Below, one piece after another: positions 46,972 through 57,638 of a stretch of DNA of 64,000 bases. Both the position numbers and the translations under genes were made by a program. The stretch spans positions 178,674-242,673 of the forward strand of contig JASJJC010000009.1 of assembly GCA_037624485.1 (NCBI GenBank), written 5' to 3'. The first letter of the stretch is position 1. Each line of letters opens with the position of its first letter. The stretch is from Chitinophagales bacterium. GTDB lineage: Bacteria > Bacteroidota > Bacteroidia > Chitinophagales > UBA8649. Under the pieces are notes generated by a model. It was not told the origin of the DNA, did not search any database, and was given only the letters and a program-made list of their open reading frames with translations.

Positions 46972-47394
46972 ATGTTATTACCGAAAAGAGTAAAATATAG
47001 AAAACAGCAAAAGGGCAGGATGAAAGGAAATGCCGGTAGAGGTACTGAAGTATCTTTTGGTTCTTTCGGATTAAAGTCACTGGATGTTAGTTGGATTACG
47101 AATCGTCAAATTGAAGCTGCAAGGATTGCGGTGAATAGGTACATGAAGAGAGAGGGTAAGGTCTGGATTAGAATTTTCCCAGATAAACCTTATACAAGCA
47201 AGCCATTAGAAGTGAGAATGGGTAAAGGTAAAGGTGCACCTGAAGGATGGGTTGCAGTTGTTAAGCCTGGAAGAATTATGTTTGAAGTGGATGGAGTTTC
47301 TGCTGAAGTAGCTAAAGAAGCATTAAGATTAGCTGCTCAGAAATTACCAGTTCAGACGAAAGTAGTAACAAGAAGAGATTACGTAGAAGCTTAA
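46972..47394 (+). CDS. rplP: 50S ribosomal protein uL16
   Basis: 140 aa. [19 protein letters not shown]. Confidence 0.96.
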   Translation: MLLPKRVKYRKQQKGRMKGNAGRGTEVSFGSFGLKSLDVSWITNRQIEAARIAVNRYMKREGKVWIRIFPDKPYTSKPLEVRMGKGKGAPEGWVAVVKPGRIMFEVDGVSAEVAKEALRLAAQKLPVQTKVVTRRDYVEA

Positions 47395-47405
47395 ATAATA
47401 AAGCT

Positions 47406-47618
47406 ATGACACTGAATAAAGAAGATATCAAACAATTGACAACTGAAGAATTGTTAGAAAAAGGCCGCGAGACCAAAGTTCTATTGAAAAAAATGGAATT
47501 TAATCACGCAATTTCTGCTATAGAAAATCCATTGCAGATTAGAGCAATGCGCAGAGATGTTGCAAGGTTGTTAACAGAGTTGAGAAGCAGAGAATTGAAT
47601 AATTCTGAAAACGAATAA
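47406..47618 (+). CDS. rpmC: 50S ribosomal protein uL29
   Basis: 70 aa, conserved position. Helical L29-like sequence. Confidence 0.9.
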   Translation: MTLNKEDIKQLTTEELLEKGRETKVLLKKMEFNHAISAIENPLQIRAMRRDVARLLTELRSRELNNSENE

Positions 47619-47623
47619 GATCG

Positions 47624-47887
47624 ATGGAAACAGTAGATAGAAAGTTAAGAAAAACCAGAACTGGTGTTGTGAGCAGTAACAAAATGGAAAAAACCATTAC
47701 GGTTTCTGTTGAGCGAAGAGTTATTCACCCGATGTACGGCAAGTTTTTAAAGAAAACTCAAAAGTATACGGCGCACGATGAAACTAACGAGTGCAACGAA
47801 GGTGACTTGGTTAAGATTATGGAAACTCGACCTCTTAGTAAAAACAAGAGATGGAGATTAGTTGAAATTTTAGAAAGAGCTAAATAA
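47624..47887 (+). CDS. rpsQ: 30S ribosomal protein uS17
   Basis: 87 aa. [16 protein letters not shown]...[23 protein letters not shown]. Confidence 0.94.
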   Translation: METVDRKLRKTRTGVVSSNKMEKTITVSVERRVIHPMYGKFLKKTQKYTAHDETNECNEGDLVKIMETRPLSKNKRWRLVEILERAK

Positions 47888-47888
47888 G

Positions 47889-48257
47889 ATGTTACAACAA
47901 GAATCAAGAGCTGGCGTAGCTGATAACAGTGGTGCTAAAGAGATACTAGTAATTAAAGTACTAGGGGGATCTAAAAGAAGATATGCGTCTATTGGAGATA
48001 AAGTGGTAGTTTCTGTAAAGAAAGCCATACCTAATGGGAATGCAAAGAAAGGTACAGTGCACAAAGCTGTTGTTGTTCGTACGAAAAAGTCTATTAAAAG
48101 AAAAGATGGTTCTCATATTCGTTTTGACGATAATGCAGTTGTGTTATTGAATCCTCAAGAGGAAATGAGAGGCACAAGAATTTTTGGCCCTGTTGCCCGA
48201 GAGTTAAGAGACAGAGATTATATGAAGATTGTTTCACTAGCTCCTGAGGTTATATAA
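47889..48257 (+). CDS. rplN: 50S ribosomal protein uL14
   Basis: 122 aa. [18 protein letters not shown]. Confidence 0.97.
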   Translation: MLQQESRAGVADNSGAKEILVIKVLGGSKRRYASIGDKVVVSVKKAIPNGNAKKGTVHKAVVVRTKKSIKRKDGSHIRFDDNAVVLLNPQEEMRGTRIFGPVARELRDRDYMKIVSLAPEVI

Positions 48258-48267
48258 TATTAAGAAG

Positions 48268-48603
48268 ATGAGTAAGAATAGATTTGAACCAAAATTTAAT
48301 ATCAAGAAAGGCGATACAGTGATTGTATTAACTGGAAATGATAAAGGTAAAACAGGAAAAGTTTTAACGGTTTTTACAAAAACATCTAAGGTGATTGTAG
48401 AAAAAGTAAAAATGGTTAAAAAACATACTAAGCCAGACGCTAAGAATCCAGATGGGGGAATTATCCCAATGGAAGCGCCTATTCATATTTCTAATGTTTC
48501 TTTAATTGATCCTAAATCGGGAAAAGCTACAAGAATTAGAAAAGAAAAAGGTGATAAAGGTTGGAATAGAGTTTCTAAGAAATCAGGAGAAATTATAGAA
48601 TAA
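48268..48603 (+). CDS. rplX: 50S ribosomal protein uL24
   Basis: 111 aa. [20 protein letters not shown] (KOW motif). Confidence 0.94.
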   Translation: MSKNRFEPKFNIKKGDTVIVLTGNDKGKTGKVLTVFTKTSKVIVEKVKMVKKHTKPDAKNPDGGIIPMEAPIHISNVSLIDPKSGKATRIRKEKGDKGWNRVSKKSGEIIE

Positions 48604-49151
48604 TGAGTTATACACCGCGATTAAAGAAAAAGTATGATGAGGAAGTAGTTCCTGCAATGACTGAAAAGTTCAACTACTCATCTATCATGGCCGTGCCAAA
48701 GGTAGTTAAGATTGCCTTGAATCAAGGAGTCAATGGTGCTACCAGTGACAAGAAATTAGTTGATGTTGCTGTTAAAGAAATGACAGACATTGTAGGTCAA
48801 AGAGCAGTCGCTACGCTTTCTAAGAAAGCGATATCAAATTTCAAGTTGAGAGAAGATATGCCGATTGGTGCTAAAGTTACTTTGAGAAGAGAGCGTATGT
48901 ATGAATTTTTGGATCGTTTAATTTCTGTTGCCTTACCTAGAGTAAGAGATTTCCAAGGAATTAATAACAAAGGCTTTGACGGAAGAGGAAATTACAATTT
49001 CGGTATTACGGAGCAAATTATCTTCCCAGAAATTGATATTGATAAAGTATCTAGGATTGGTGGTTTTAACATTACGATTGTTACGACAGCTAAGACAGAT
49101 CAAGAAGCAATGGAATTATTAAAATTAATGGGTCTTCCATTTAAAAAATAA
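48603..49151 (+). CDS. rplE: 50S ribosomal protein uL5
   Basis: 182 aa. [13 protein letters not shown]...[12 protein letters not shown]. Confidence 0.96.
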   Translation: MSYTPRLKKKYDEEVVPAMTEKFNYSSIMAVPKVVKIALNQGVNGATSDKKLVDVAVKEMTDIVGQRAVATLSKKAISNFKLREDMPIGAKVTLRRERMYEFLDRLISVALPRVRDFQGINNKGFDGRGNYNFGITEQIIFPEIDIDKVSRIGGFNITIVTTAKTDQEAMELLKLMGLPFKK

Positions 49152-49154
49152 ATT

Positions 49155-49424
49155 ATGTCTAGAAAATCAGTTGTAGCAAGACAAAAGAAAAGAGAAAGAA
49201 TGGTTGCGAAGTTCGCAACTAAGCGTAAGGCTTTAAAAGAAGCAGGTGACTATGAAGCATTAGATAAGTTGCCAAAGAATGCTTCTCCTGTAAGATTGAA
49301 AAACAGATGTGGACTTACTGGTAGACCAAAAGGATATGTTAGGTTTTTCGGAATTAGTCGTGTAAAATTTAGAGAATTGGCTTCTGCAGGTAGACTACCT
49401 GGTGTAACAAAAGCAAGTTGGTAA
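49155..49424 (+). CDS. rpsN: 30S ribosomal protein uS14 (long, non-zinc form)
   Basis: 89 aa. [26 protein letters not shown]...ASW. Confidence 0.94.
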   Translation: MSRKSVVARQKKRERMVAKFATKRKALKEAGDYEALDKLPKNASPVRLKNRCGLTGRPKGYVRFFGISRVKFRELASAGRLPGVTKASW

Positions 49425-49442
49425 CAATAAAATATTAAAGAA

Positions 49443-49844
49443 ATGTATTTCGATACTGTAGCAGATTATTTAACAAGAATTAGAAACGCTCAAATGGCTC
49501 AACATCGTATGGTGGAGATTCCGGCGTCTAACTTGAAAAAGAGAATTACCGAAATCCTTTATGATAAAGGATATATCCTTAAGTATAAGTTTGAGGGCGA
49601 AGCTTTTGGTGGACAAGGGAAAATTATGATCGCATTGAAATACGATGGTAATATGGTTCCTGTGATGAAGGCTATCAATAGAGCTTCAAAACCTGGTAAA
49701 CGTGTTTACAAGAACTCGAAAGAGATTCCTCATGTGTTGAATGGTCTAGGAGTTGCGATAATCTCTACGTCAAAAGGTGTTATGACTGATAAAGAAGCTC
49801 GTAACCTGAATGTAGGTGGTGAGATTTTGTGTGAAGTATATTAA
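49443..49844 (+). CDS. rpsH: 30S ribosomal protein uS8
   Basis: 133 aa. DTVADYLTRIRNA...GGEILCEVY. Confidence 0.96.
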   Translation: MYFDTVADYLTRIRNAQMAQHRMVEIPASNLKKRITEILYDKGYILKYKFEGEAFGGQGKIMIALKYDGNMVPVMKAINRASKPGKRVYKNSKEIPHVLNGLGVAIISTSKGVMTDKEARNLNVGGEILCEVY

Positions 49845-49865
49845 AGAACAGAAAAAGAATCAATC

Positions 49866-50417
49866 ATGTCTAGAATAGGAAAAGCACCAGTTGCAATCCC
49901 AGAAGGAGTAGAAATTAAAGTTGATGGCGCAATTGTTACCGTGAAAGGTAAGAATGGTGAGTTGAAGCAAGCTATTGATAAAGATATGTCCGTTAAAATA
50001 GAAGGCGGTTTTTTAACTCTAGAGCGTCCAACTGAGCAAAAACGTCATAAAGCATTACACGGTTTATATCGTTCATTGATTAACAATATGGTGACAGGTG
50101 TTTCTGAAGGTTATTCTAAAACATTGGAATTGGTTGGTGTAGGTTTTCGTGCCTCTTCTTCTGGTCAATTATTGGAAATGGCATTAGGATTTTCTCACCC
50201 AATTGTCTTCCTATTACCAGATGAGGTGAAGGTCGAAGCAATAATGGAAAAAGGGAAGCCGCCAAGAGTTGTCTTGAATAGCAACGATAAGCAATTAATA
50301 GGACAGATTGCAGCAAGAATCAGAGCAGTTAGAAAACCTGAACCATATAAAGGTAAAGGTATCAGATTCGCAGGCGAAGAAGTGAGAAGAAAAGAAGGTA
50401 AATCAGCTAAAAAATAA
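49866..50417 (+). CDS. rplF: 50S ribosomal protein uL6
   Basis: 183 aa. [16 protein letters not shown]. Confidence 0.96.
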   Translation: MSRIGKAPVAIPEGVEIKVDGAIVTVKGKNGELKQAIDKDMSVKIEGGFLTLERPTEQKRHKALHGLYRSLINNMVTGVSEGYSKTLELVGVGFRASSSGQLLEMALGFSHPIVFLLPDEVKVEAIMEKGKPPRVVLNSNDKQLIGQIAARIRAVRKPEPYKGKGIRFAGEEVRRKEGKSAKK

Positions 50418-50422
50418 TAGAA

Positions 50423-50773
50423 ATGGCTTTTAGTAATATCAAAAGAAGAATAAGAATTAAGAGAGGTATCCGGAACAAAGTTTCAGGTACTGCTCAAAGA
50501 CCTAGGTTGTCTGTTTTTAGAAGTAACAAGGCTATTTATGCTCAGTTGATTGATGATGCAACAGGAAACACATTGGTTTCGGCTTCATCAAAAGATACTT
50601 CAGTTGGTGGCGGAACGAAAGTAGATCAATCAAAGAAAGTTGGAGTAATGTTAGCTGAGAAAGCAAAGGCTGCCAAAATCGAAGCAATTGTTTTCGATAG
50701 AAACGGTTTTAGGTTTCACGGGCGTATCGCCGCTTTAGCGGAAGGTGCGAGAGAGAATGGTTTAAAATTCTAG
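50423..50773 (+). CDS. rplR: 50S ribosomal protein uL18
   Basis: 116 aa. [20 protein letters not shown]...[12 protein letters not shown]. Confidence 0.95.
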   Translation: MAFSNIKRRIRIKRGIRNKVSGTAQRPRLSVFRSNKAIYAQLIDDATGNTLVSASSKDTSVGGGTKVDQSKKVGVMLAEKAKAAKIEAIVFDRNGFRFHGRIAALAEGARENGLKF

Positions 50774-50791
50774 ATAAATAAATTAAGTAGA

Positions 50792-51307
50792 ATGTCAGCA
50801 AAAGGAAATATGTTAAGAGCCTCCGAGCTTGATTTGAAAGAGAAAGTGGTTAGCATCCGTCGAGTTGCTAAGGTTACCAAGGGTGGAAGAACTTTTGGTT
50901 TCTCTGCTTTAGTTGTAGTAGGCGATGGCAATGGTGTAGTTGGTCACGGAATGGGTAAAGCTAGAGAGGTGACAGAAGCTATTCAAAAGGCGATTGATGA
51001 TGCAAAGAAAAGTTTAGTAAAGGTTCCGATTTTGAAAGGAACTATCCCACATGAGCAGTTAGGTAAGTTTGGGGCAGCTAAGGTATTAATGCGTCCTGCT
51101 TCTGAGGGTACTGGCGTAATAGCTGGTGGTGGAATGAGAGCGGTTTTGGAAGCTGCAGGTGTTCATAATGTATTAGGAAAATCTAAAGGCTCAAATAATC
51201 CGGCAAACGTGATTAGAGCAACGGTTGATGCACTCATGAAAATGAGAGATCCATATACCGTGGCTAGAGATAGAAGAGTTTCATTAAAGAAAGTTTTTAA
51301 CGGATAA
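50792..51307 (+). CDS. rpsE: 30S ribosomal protein uS5
   Basis: 171 aa. [26 protein letters not shown]. Confidence 0.96.
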   Translation: MSAKGNMLRASELDLKEKVVSIRRVAKVTKGGRTFGFSALVVVGDGNGVVGHGMGKAREVTEAIQKAIDDAKKSLVKVPILKGTIPHEQLGKFGAAKVLMRPASEGTGVIAGGGMRAVLEAAGVHNVLGKSKGSNNPANVIRATVDALMKMRDPYTVARDRRVSLKKVFNG

Positions 51308-51312
51308 GAATC

Positions 51313-51492
51313 ATGGGAAAAGTTAGAGTTACTCAGGTTAAGAGTGTAATCGATAGACCAAAAGATCAAAAAGCAACAATGGTTGCTTTAGGATTAAGAA
51401 AAATAGGTCGCAGTAATGAGTTAGAGCGCACACCGCAAATTGATGGGATGATCAACAAGGTGTCACATTTAGTTAAAATTGAAGAAATATAG
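51313..51492 (+). CDS. rpmD: 50S ribosomal protein uL30 (not in the supplied ORF track, under 60 aa)
   Basis: Hand translation gives 59 aa, [59 protein letters not shown]. It fills the gap between rpsE and rplO. Confidence 0.9.
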   Translation: MGKVRVTQVKSVIDRPKDQKATMVALGLRKIGRSNELERTPQIDGMINKVSHLVKIEEI

Positions 51493-51494
51493 TT

Positions 51495-51941
51495 ATGAAC
51501 TTAAGTAGTTTAAAACCAGCAAAAGGTTCTACGCATAACTCGAAGCGAGTAGGTAGAGGTCAAGGATCAGGTAAAGGTGGTACTTCCACAAGAGGTCATA
51601 ATGGTGCTCAATCTCGTTCGGGATACTCAAGGAAAATCGGATTTGAAGGTGGTCAAATGCCTTTACAAAGAAGAATACCAAAGAGGGGTTTCAAGAATAT
51701 CAATCGTAAAGAGTATGCTGTTCTTAACTTAGCAATGATTCAACATTATGCAGATAAGTATAAGGTGAAGGAGATTGATTTGAATTTCTTGAAAGAAAAC
51801 AACATAATCAAAAACTCTGAAATCGTTAAGGTGCTGGGTAATGGTGAATTGACAACAAAAGTAAAGGTTACTGCTCATGCAATAAGCGCTACTGCTCAGG
51901 CTCAAATTGAGAAAGCAGGTGGGTCTTTTACTAAAATATAA
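51495..51941 (+). CDS. rplO: 50S ribosomal protein uL15
   Basis: 148 aa. LKPAKGS...RVGRGQGSGKGGTSTRGHNG. Confidence 0.96.
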   Translation: MNLSSLKPAKGSTHNSKRVGRGQGSGKGGTSTRGHNGAQSRSGYSRKIGFEGGQMPLQRRIPKRGFKNINRKEYAVLNLAMIQHYADKYKVKEIDLNFLKENNIIKNSEIVKVLGNGELTTKVKVTAHAISATAQAQIEKAGGSFTKI

Positions 51942-51951
51942 TATTTAGATA

Positions 51952-53304
51952 GTGAAGTTTATTGAAACGATAAAAAATATTTGGTCCATTAAGGAATTGA
52001 GAGATAAGATTTTATTTACCTTATTATTAGTTTTGGTTTATAGAATTGGTTCTTACGTGGTTCTTCCTGGTGTTGACCCTTCAAGTTTAAATGCTCTAGC
52101 AGATAAAGCAGGGTCAGGTATACTTGGTATGGTTAATATATTTGCAGGTGGTGCTTTTAGTAGAGCTTCTATTATGGCCTTAGGTATTATGCCTTATATT
52201 TCAGCATCGATTGCAGTTCAACTTCTAACTATTGCAGTTCCTTACTTCCAAAAATTACAAAAGGAAGGTGAAAGTGGACGTCGTCAGATTAATCAAATCA
52301 CTAGAATTTTAACCATTATTGTGACAATGGTTCAAGGTGCTGGTTACCTTACACTTTTGAATTCTCAAGGTATTCAAATAGTGGAGGGGTATTCTCCTGC
52401 TTTGTTTACTTTTACTGCAATGATAGTTCTGTCTACAGGTACTTTGTTTGCCATGTGGATTGGTGAAAAAATAACTGACAGCGGAATTGGTAATGGTATT
52501 TCCTTATTAATTATGGTCGGTATTATCGCTGCACTTCCGGGATCATTTGCAAGTGAATTAGCTGCTCGCTTTGGAGCAAGCGGTGGAGGTTTAGTTATCT
52601 TTATTTTTGAACTAGTTATCTTATTCTTAATAATTATTGCATCAATAGCCTTAGTTCAAGCGACAAGAAGGGTAGCGATTCAATACGCTAAAAGAAATGT
52701 CGTTCAAGGGGCTCAATCACTTCAGGCAGGTGGTAATAGACAATATTTACCTCTTAAAGTAAATGCGTCAGGTGTTATGCCGATTATCTTTGCTCAAGCG
52801 ATTATGTTCTTGCCGTCTATGGTTTACCAATTCTTTACGGATAATCAGTCTAGTTGGTTTGTACAAGCCTTTTCTGACCCAACGAGTTGGGCATATAATA
52901 TTTTTACGTTCTTATTGATTGTGGTGTTTACATACTTCTATACAGCAATGGTAGTTAATCCAGTTCAAATTGCGGATCAATTAAAAAAAGATGGTGGTTT
53001 TATTCCAGGTATTAAGCCAGGTAAAAATACAGCTGAATACGTAGATACTGTTGTTTCAAGAATTACATTACCAGGTTCAATATTTTTAGGAATTATTGCC
53101 ATCCTTCCGGCTTTTGCAATGTTGGGTGGAGTAAATACTGGTTTTGCTTATTTCTTTGGTGGTACTTCCTTGTTAATTATGGTGGGAGTAATTTTAGATA
53201 CGCTTCAACAAATTGAAAGTCACTTAATGATGCGTCATTATGATGGCTTAATGAAAGGTGGAAGTAAATTGAGAGGAAGACAAAGTGTGGGGGCTTCCAT
53301 TTAA
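51952..53304 (+). CDS. secY: Preprotein translocase subunit SecY
   Basis: 450 aa, GTG start, 10-TM protein. NIWSIKELRDKILFT. Confidence 0.95.
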   Translation: MKFIETIKNIWSIKELRDKILFTLLLVLVYRIGSYVVLPGVDPSSLNALADKAGSGILGMVNIFAGGAFSRASIMALGIMPYISASIAVQLLTIAVPYFQKLQKEGESGRRQINQITRILTIIVTMVQGAGYLTLLNSQGIQIVEGYSPALFTFTAMIVLSTGTLFAMWIGEKITDSGIGNGISLLIMVGIIAALPGSFASELAARFGASGGGLVIFIFELVILFLIIIASIALVQATRRVAIQYAKRNVVQGAQSLQAGGNRQYLPLKVNASGVMPIIFAQAIMFLPSMVYQFFTDNQSSWFVQAFSDPTSWAYNIFTFLLIVVFTYFYTAMVVNPVQIADQLKKDGGFIPGIKPGKNTAEYVDTVVSRITLPGSIFLGIIAILPAFAMLGGVNTGFAYFFGGTSLLIMVGVILDTLQQIESHLMMRHYDGLMKGGSKLRGRQSVGASI

Positions 53305-53308
53305 AAAG

Positions 53309-54106
53309 ATGGTGAAGTCACCAGCAGAAATTGAGTTAATTAGAGAGAGTTCTTTACTTGTTTCAAAAACCTTAGCTGAGTTAGCTAATCATATAAAACC
53401 TGGTGTTACACCATTGTTTTTAGATAAGTTGGCCGAGGAGTTTATCAGAGATCATGGCGCTGTGCCTGGATTCAAAGGATATGGGGATTTCCCTAACACA
53501 CTTTGTTTTTCAATAAATAGTGCGGTGGTTCATGGGATACCGAATAATACAGTAATCAATGAGGATGATGTATTGTCGATTGATTGTGGTACGATAATGA
53601 ACGAATTTTATGGTGACCAAGCTTTTACATTTGCTATGGCAGGTGTCGAAATGGAAATCTTAAAGCTTCTTCAAGTAACACGGAAGTCGTTAAGCCTCGG
53701 AATAGAGCAAGCCATTGTTGGCAAGCGTACAGGGGATATCGGTTTTGCAATACAGCAATATTGTGAAAATGAGCATGGATATGGTGTGGTTCGGGAGTTG
53801 GTTGGACATGGTTTAGGAAAGTCATTACATGAAGATCCTGAAGTACCCAACTACGGAAGAAAGGGCCAAGGAACTAAATTGTTGGAGAATATGGTTTTAG
53901 CTATTGAACCGATGATTAATCTCGGAACACGTGATGTTGTTTCAGCTCAAGATGGTTGGACAATATTGACAAAGGACGGGAAGGTTAGTGCACACTACGA
54001 GCATGATATTGTAGTAAAAAAAGAGAAAGCGGAAATCTTAACTGATTTTGGAGTTATAGATCAAGCAATAAAAAAGAGTAATTACCTACAGGACATCGTA
54101 GAATAA
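53309..54106 (+). CDS. map: Type I methionine aminopeptidase
   Basis: The ATG at 53309 (MVKSPAEIELIRES) lies after the secY stop. The ORF-track GTG at 53285 overlaps secY. Metal ligands in SIDCG, HGLG, LAIEPM, YEHD. Confidence 0.93.
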   Translation: MVKSPAEIELIRESSLLVSKTLAELANHIKPGVTPLFLDKLAEEFIRDHGAVPGFKGYGDFPNTLCFSINSAVVHGIPNNTVINEDDVLSIDCGTIMNEFYGDQAFTFAMAGVEMEILKLLQVTRKSLSLGIEQAIVGKRTGDIGFAIQQYCENEHGYGVVRELVGHGLGKSLHEDPEVPNYGRKGQGTKLLENMVLAIEPMINLGTRDVVSAQDGWTILTKDGKVSAHYEHDIVVKKEKAEILTDFGVIDQAIKKSNYLQDIVE

Positions 54107-54113
54107 ATAAAAT

Positions 54114-54332
54114 ATGGCAAAACAAGATTTAATAAAACTAGATGGTATCATAACAGAAGCATTATCCAATGCGATGTTTAGGGTAAAACTAGAAAATGGA
54201 CATGAGATTGTAGCGCACATCAGTGGAAAGATGAGAATGCACTACATTAAGATCTTACCAGGCGACAAAGTCGCTGTGGAAATGTCACCATATGATTTGG
54301 ATAAAGGAAGAATAACGTATAGATATAAATAG
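54114..54332 (+). CDS. infA: Translation initiation factor IF-1
   Basis: 72 aa. [41 protein letters not shown]. Confidence 0.97.
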   Translation: MAKQDLIKLDGIITEALSNAMFRVKLENGHEIVAHISGKMRMHYIKILPGDKVAVEMSPYDLDKGRITYRYK

Positions 54333-54338
54333 AGTATT

Positions 54339-54455
54339 ATGAAAGTTAGAGCATCTATAAAGAAGCGAAGCGTTGATTGTAAGGTAGTGCGTAGGAAAGG
54401 ACGTCTATATATCATCAACAAGAAGAATCCAAGATTTAAACAAAGACAAGGATAA
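54339..54455 (+). CDS. rpmJ: 50S ribosomal protein bL36 (not in the supplied ORF track)
   Basis: Hand translation gives 38 aa, [38 protein letters not shown]. Lies between infA and rpsM. Confidence 0.92.
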   Translation: MKVRASIKKRSVDCKVVRRKGRLYIINKKNPRFKQRQG

Positions 54456-54465
54456 ATTTTTAGTA

Positions 54466-54843
54466 ATGGCAAGAATAGCAGGAACAGATTTACCAAGAAA
54501 CAAGCGAGGCTTAGTTAGCTTAACGTATATTTTTGGAGTCGGAAGAACAAGAGCATCGGAAATTTTAGCAACGCTAAAAATTGATGAAAACAAGAAAGTT
54601 GAAGAGTGGACTGATGATGAAGTCGCAGAGCTTAACAAATATATTGGCGACAATATAAAGGTTGAAGGTGAGTTGCGTTCAGAAGTGCAGTTAAGTATTA
54701 AACGTTTGCAAGATATCGGATGCTATAGAGGTATTCGTCATCGTAAAGGTTTACCTCTAAGAGGACAACGTACTAAGAATAACTCTAGAACGAGAAAAGG
54801 AAAGAGAAAAACTGTTGCTAACAAAAAGAAAGCAACTAAATAA
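54466..54843 (+). CDS. rpsM: 30S ribosomal protein uS13
   Basis: 125 aa. [14 protein letters not shown]...[18 protein letters not shown]. Confidence 0.97.
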   Translation: MARIAGTDLPRNKRGLVSLTYIFGVGRTRASEILATLKIDENKKVEEWTDDEVAELNKYIGDNIKVEGELRSEVQLSIKRLQDIGCYRGIRHRKGLPLRGQRTKNNSRTRKGKRKTVANKKKATK

Positions 54844-54864
54844 TAATTAAAGGAGCACTGAATT

Positions 54865-55260
54865 ATGGCTACACAAAAAAAAGCGTCAAAAGCTAAAAAA
54901 AGAGTTGTAAAAGTTGATGCTGAGGGTAAGGTTTTTATTAAAGCTACTTTCAACAACATCATTATTACTTTTACAAACAACCAGGGACAAACGATTTCAT
55001 GGGGATCTGCAGGTAAAGCAGGTTTTAGAGGTTCCAAAAAGAACACGCCCTATGCTGCACAGATTGCAGTTACTGATGCTGCGAAAGTTGCGCATGATGC
55101 TGGACTTAGAAAAGTTGAAGTGTATGTGAAAGGTCCTGGATCGGGAAGAGAGTCTGCTATCAGAACAGTTTATAGCAGCGGTATTGAGGTTACAACTATT
55201 AAAGATGTTACGCCAATCCCACATAACGGTTGTCGTCCTCCAAAAAGAAGAAGAGTTTAA
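54865..55260 (+). CDS. rpsK: 30S ribosomal protein uS11
   Basis: 131 aa. [22 protein letters not shown]...[13 protein letters not shown]. Confidence 0.97.
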   Translation: MATQKKASKAKKRVVKVDAEGKVFIKATFNNIIITFTNNQGQTISWGSAGKAGFRGSKKNTPYAAQIAVTDAAKVAHDAGLRKVEVYVKGPGSGRESAIRTVYSSGIEVTTIKDVTPIPHNGCRPPKRRRV

Positions 55261-55285
55261 TAAATAATATTCAAGTTTAAGAACC

Positions 55286-55891
55286 ATGGCAAGATATATC
55301 GGTCCAAAGACCAAAATCGCTAGAAAATTCGGTGAAGCAATTTACGGAGATGACAAGTATTTCGATAGAAGAAAATATTCTCCAGGTCAGCACGGGTCTT
55401 CGAAAAGAAGAAAATCTGTTTCTGACTACGGTGTGCAGTTGAAAGAAAAGCAAAAAGCAAAATATACTTACGGTCTTTTAGAGCGTCAGTTTAGAAATAC
55501 CTTTAAAAAGGCTTCTAGAAAAGAAGGTGTTACAGGTGAAAACTTATTACAAGCATTGGAGTCTAGATTGGACAACGTTGTTTATAGAATGGGAATTGCT
55601 AAAACAAGAACGCAGGCTAGACAATTTGTTGGTCACAAGCACATTTTAGTAAACGGTGATATCGTTAATATTCCTTCTTTTCATGTTCGTCCAGGAGACG
55701 AGGTGGAAGTTCGAGAACGTTCTAAATCAATGGATCCTATTCAAGAAGCTATTGCCGGATCAAACAATGACTTCGCTTGGATACAATTTGATACTAAAGT
55801 AATGAAAGGTAAATTGCTAGAATTACCTGCTAGAGAAGATATTCCAGAAAATATCAATGAGCAGTTAATTGTAGAGTTATATTCTAAATAA
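55286..55891 (+). CDS. rpsD: 30S ribosomal protein uS4
   Basis: 201 aa. [17 protein letters not shown], and an S4 domain ([27 protein letters not shown]). Confidence 0.97.
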   Translation: MARYIGPKTKIARKFGEAIYGDDKYFDRRKYSPGQHGSSKRRKSVSDYGVQLKEKQKAKYTYGLLERQFRNTFKKASRKEGVTGENLLQALESRLDNVVYRMGIAKTRTQARQFVGHKHILVNGDIVNIPSFHVRPGDEVEVRERSKSMDPIQEAIAGSNNDFAWIQFDTKVMKGKLLELPAREDIPENINEQLIVELYSK

Positions 55892-55911
55892 TATTAAAAA
55901 AAGGAAACTAA

Positions 55912-56907
55912 ATGGGATTATTAACATTTCAAAAACCTGATAAAATTGTTCTTCAAAAAGCAAATGACTTTGAAGGTACTTTCGAGTTCAAACCTTTAGA
56001 GCAAGGTTTTGGAGTAACAGTAGGTAATGCTTTAAGAAGAGTTTTGTTATCATCTTTGGAAGGCACAGCAATTGTAGGAGTAAAAGTGAGTGGTGTTGAC
56101 CATGAGTTTTCTACTATTAGAGGTGTACTAGAAGATATTACAGAAATCATTTTAAATCTTAAGCAAGTTCGTCTTAAGAAAATAATGGATGATGAGAATG
56201 CTTCTGATAAGATCTTTATTACCATTAAAGATAAAGAGACTTTTACAGCTGGTGACATCGAAAAGCATACAAACGTTTACCGTGTAATGAATCCTGACTT
56301 AGTGATTTGTAACATAGAGCCAGTGGTGACCTTAGAATTGGAGATTACTATCCAAAGGGGTAAAGGTTATGTTCCTGCAGAGGAGCATGATTTTGCTGAA
56401 ACATCAGTTGGGTTTATTCCTGTAGATGCGGTTTTCACTCCAATCAAGAATGTGAAATACAACATAGAAAATACACGGGTTGAACAAAGAACAGATTATG
56501 AGAAGTTAATGCTTGATGTAACGACTGACGGAACCATACATCCTGAAGAAGCAGTAAAAGAAGCAGCTCGTATTTTGATTCAACACTTAATGTTAATTTC
56601 AGATGAGAATATCACTTTTGACACTTCAGAGAATAAAGTGGATGATATTGTAGATGAGCATGTATTGCAAATGAGAAAACTTTTAAAAACAAATCTTGAG
56701 GATTTAGATTTATCAGTAAGAGCATACAACTGCCTAAAAGCAGCTAAAATTAATGGCCTAGAGGAATTAGTTAGGTTCAATACGAATGATTTGTTGAAGT
56801 TTAGAAACTTCGGTAAGAAATCTCTAGTTGAGATTGAAGCGATGTTGATTGAGAAGGGCTTAAGTTTTGGAATGGACATTTCAAAATACCAATTAGACGA
56901 GAATTAA
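55912..56907 (+). CDS. rpoA: DNA-directed RNA polymerase subunit alpha
   Basis: 331 aa. GNALRRVLLSSLEG, and C-terminal domain LDLSVRAYNCLK...NFGKKSL. Confidence 0.97.
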   Translation: MGLLTFQKPDKIVLQKANDFEGTFEFKPLEQGFGVTVGNALRRVLLSSLEGTAIVGVKVSGVDHEFSTIRGVLEDITEIILNLKQVRLKKIMDDENASDKIFITIKDKETFTAGDIEKHTNVYRVMNPDLVICNIEPVVTLELEITIQRGKGYVPAEEHDFAETSVGFIPVDAVFTPIKNVKYNIENTRVEQRTDYEKLMLDVTTDGTIHPEEAVKEAARILIQHLMLISDENITFDTSENKVDDIVDEHVLQMRKLLKTNLEDLDLSVRAYNCLKAAKINGLEELVRFNTNDLLKFRNFGKKSLVEIEAMLIEKGLSFGMDISKYQLDEN

Positions 56908-56936
56908 TAGATTAATTAAGATAGACATTTGAAGTA

Positions 56937-57515
56937 ATGAGACACGCAAATAAAATAAATAAGTTAAGTAGAAAAACAGCGCATAGAAAGGCAATGTTCG
57001 AGAATATGTCTTCTTCTCTTATCTTAAACAAGAGAATTTTTACGACTGTTGCAAAGGCAAAGGCACTTAGAGTGTATCTCGAGCCTGTTGTTACTAAAGC
57101 TAAAAAGAACGATACGCATAACAGAAGAACGGTATACCGTTACTTAGGTAGTAACAGTTTAGGTAAAGAAGCGTCTAAAGAATTATTCGATGTAATTGCT
57201 CCTAAAGTTGGAGAACGTCCAGGTGGTTATTTAAGAATCATCAAAACGGATCATAGAGCTGGTGATAATGCTGAGATGGCAATGATTGAATTCGTAGACT
57301 TCAATGACATATATACACAGTCTGCTGATAGCAAACCTGCTAAAAAGAAAAGTAGAAGAGCTGGTAAAAAGAAAACACCTACTGCAACTAGTGAAGTAAC
57401 TGATGTTGTAGAAGCTGTGGATGTTGTGGAAGCTGTGGAAGAGGAGATAGATGAATCTCCTGCAGAAGATCAGGCAGAAGAAACTTCTACCGAAGACCAA
57501 GCGAAAGCGGAATAG
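56937..57515 (+). CDS. rplQ: 50S ribosomal protein bL17 with acidic C-terminal extension
   Basis: 192 aa. The L17 core ([20 protein letters not shown]...GGYLRIIK) is followed by a Lys-rich and then Glu/Asp-rich tail. Confidence 0.95.
   Translation: MRHANKINKLSRKTAHRKAMFENMSSSLILNKRIFTTVAKAKALRVYLEPVVTKAKKNDTHNRRTVYRYLGSNSLGKEASKELFDVIAPKVGERPGGYLRIIKTDHRAGDNAEMAMIEFVDFNDIYTQSADSKPAKKKSRRAGKKKTPTATSEVTDVVEAVDVVEAVEEEIDESPAEDQAEETSTEDQAKAE
57402..57437 (+). repeat. In-frame 18-bp tandem duplication in the rplQ tail
   Basis: GATGTTGTAGAAGCTGTG followed by GATGTTGTGGAAGCTGTG (17/18 identical), encoding DVVEAV twice. Confidence 0.85.
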
Positions 57516-57539
57516 CATGCAGAAATAATTTATATAAAA

Positions 57540-57567
57540 GGGATAAGCGAAAGTTTATCCCTTTTTT
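57540..57567 (+). terminator. Rho-independent terminator ending the alpha operon
   Basis: Stem GGGATAAGC/G(T)TTATCCC, GAAA loop, followed by TTTTTT. Confidence 0.8.
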
Positions 57568-57638
57568 GTTTATATCCTCTTGATAAGATTTTTTAAAACA
57601 TGTAATAATTGCATTAATTTCGCCACAATCTATAAAAC

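Noticed and set aside
54339-54455. bL36 retains only one of the four zinc-ligand positions (KKRSVDCK...IINKKNPRF), and uS14 is the long non-zinc form.
   Set aside because: This appears to be the normal form of these proteins in Bacteroidota rather than a zinc-sparing paralog. There is only one copy, sitting in the standard operon position.
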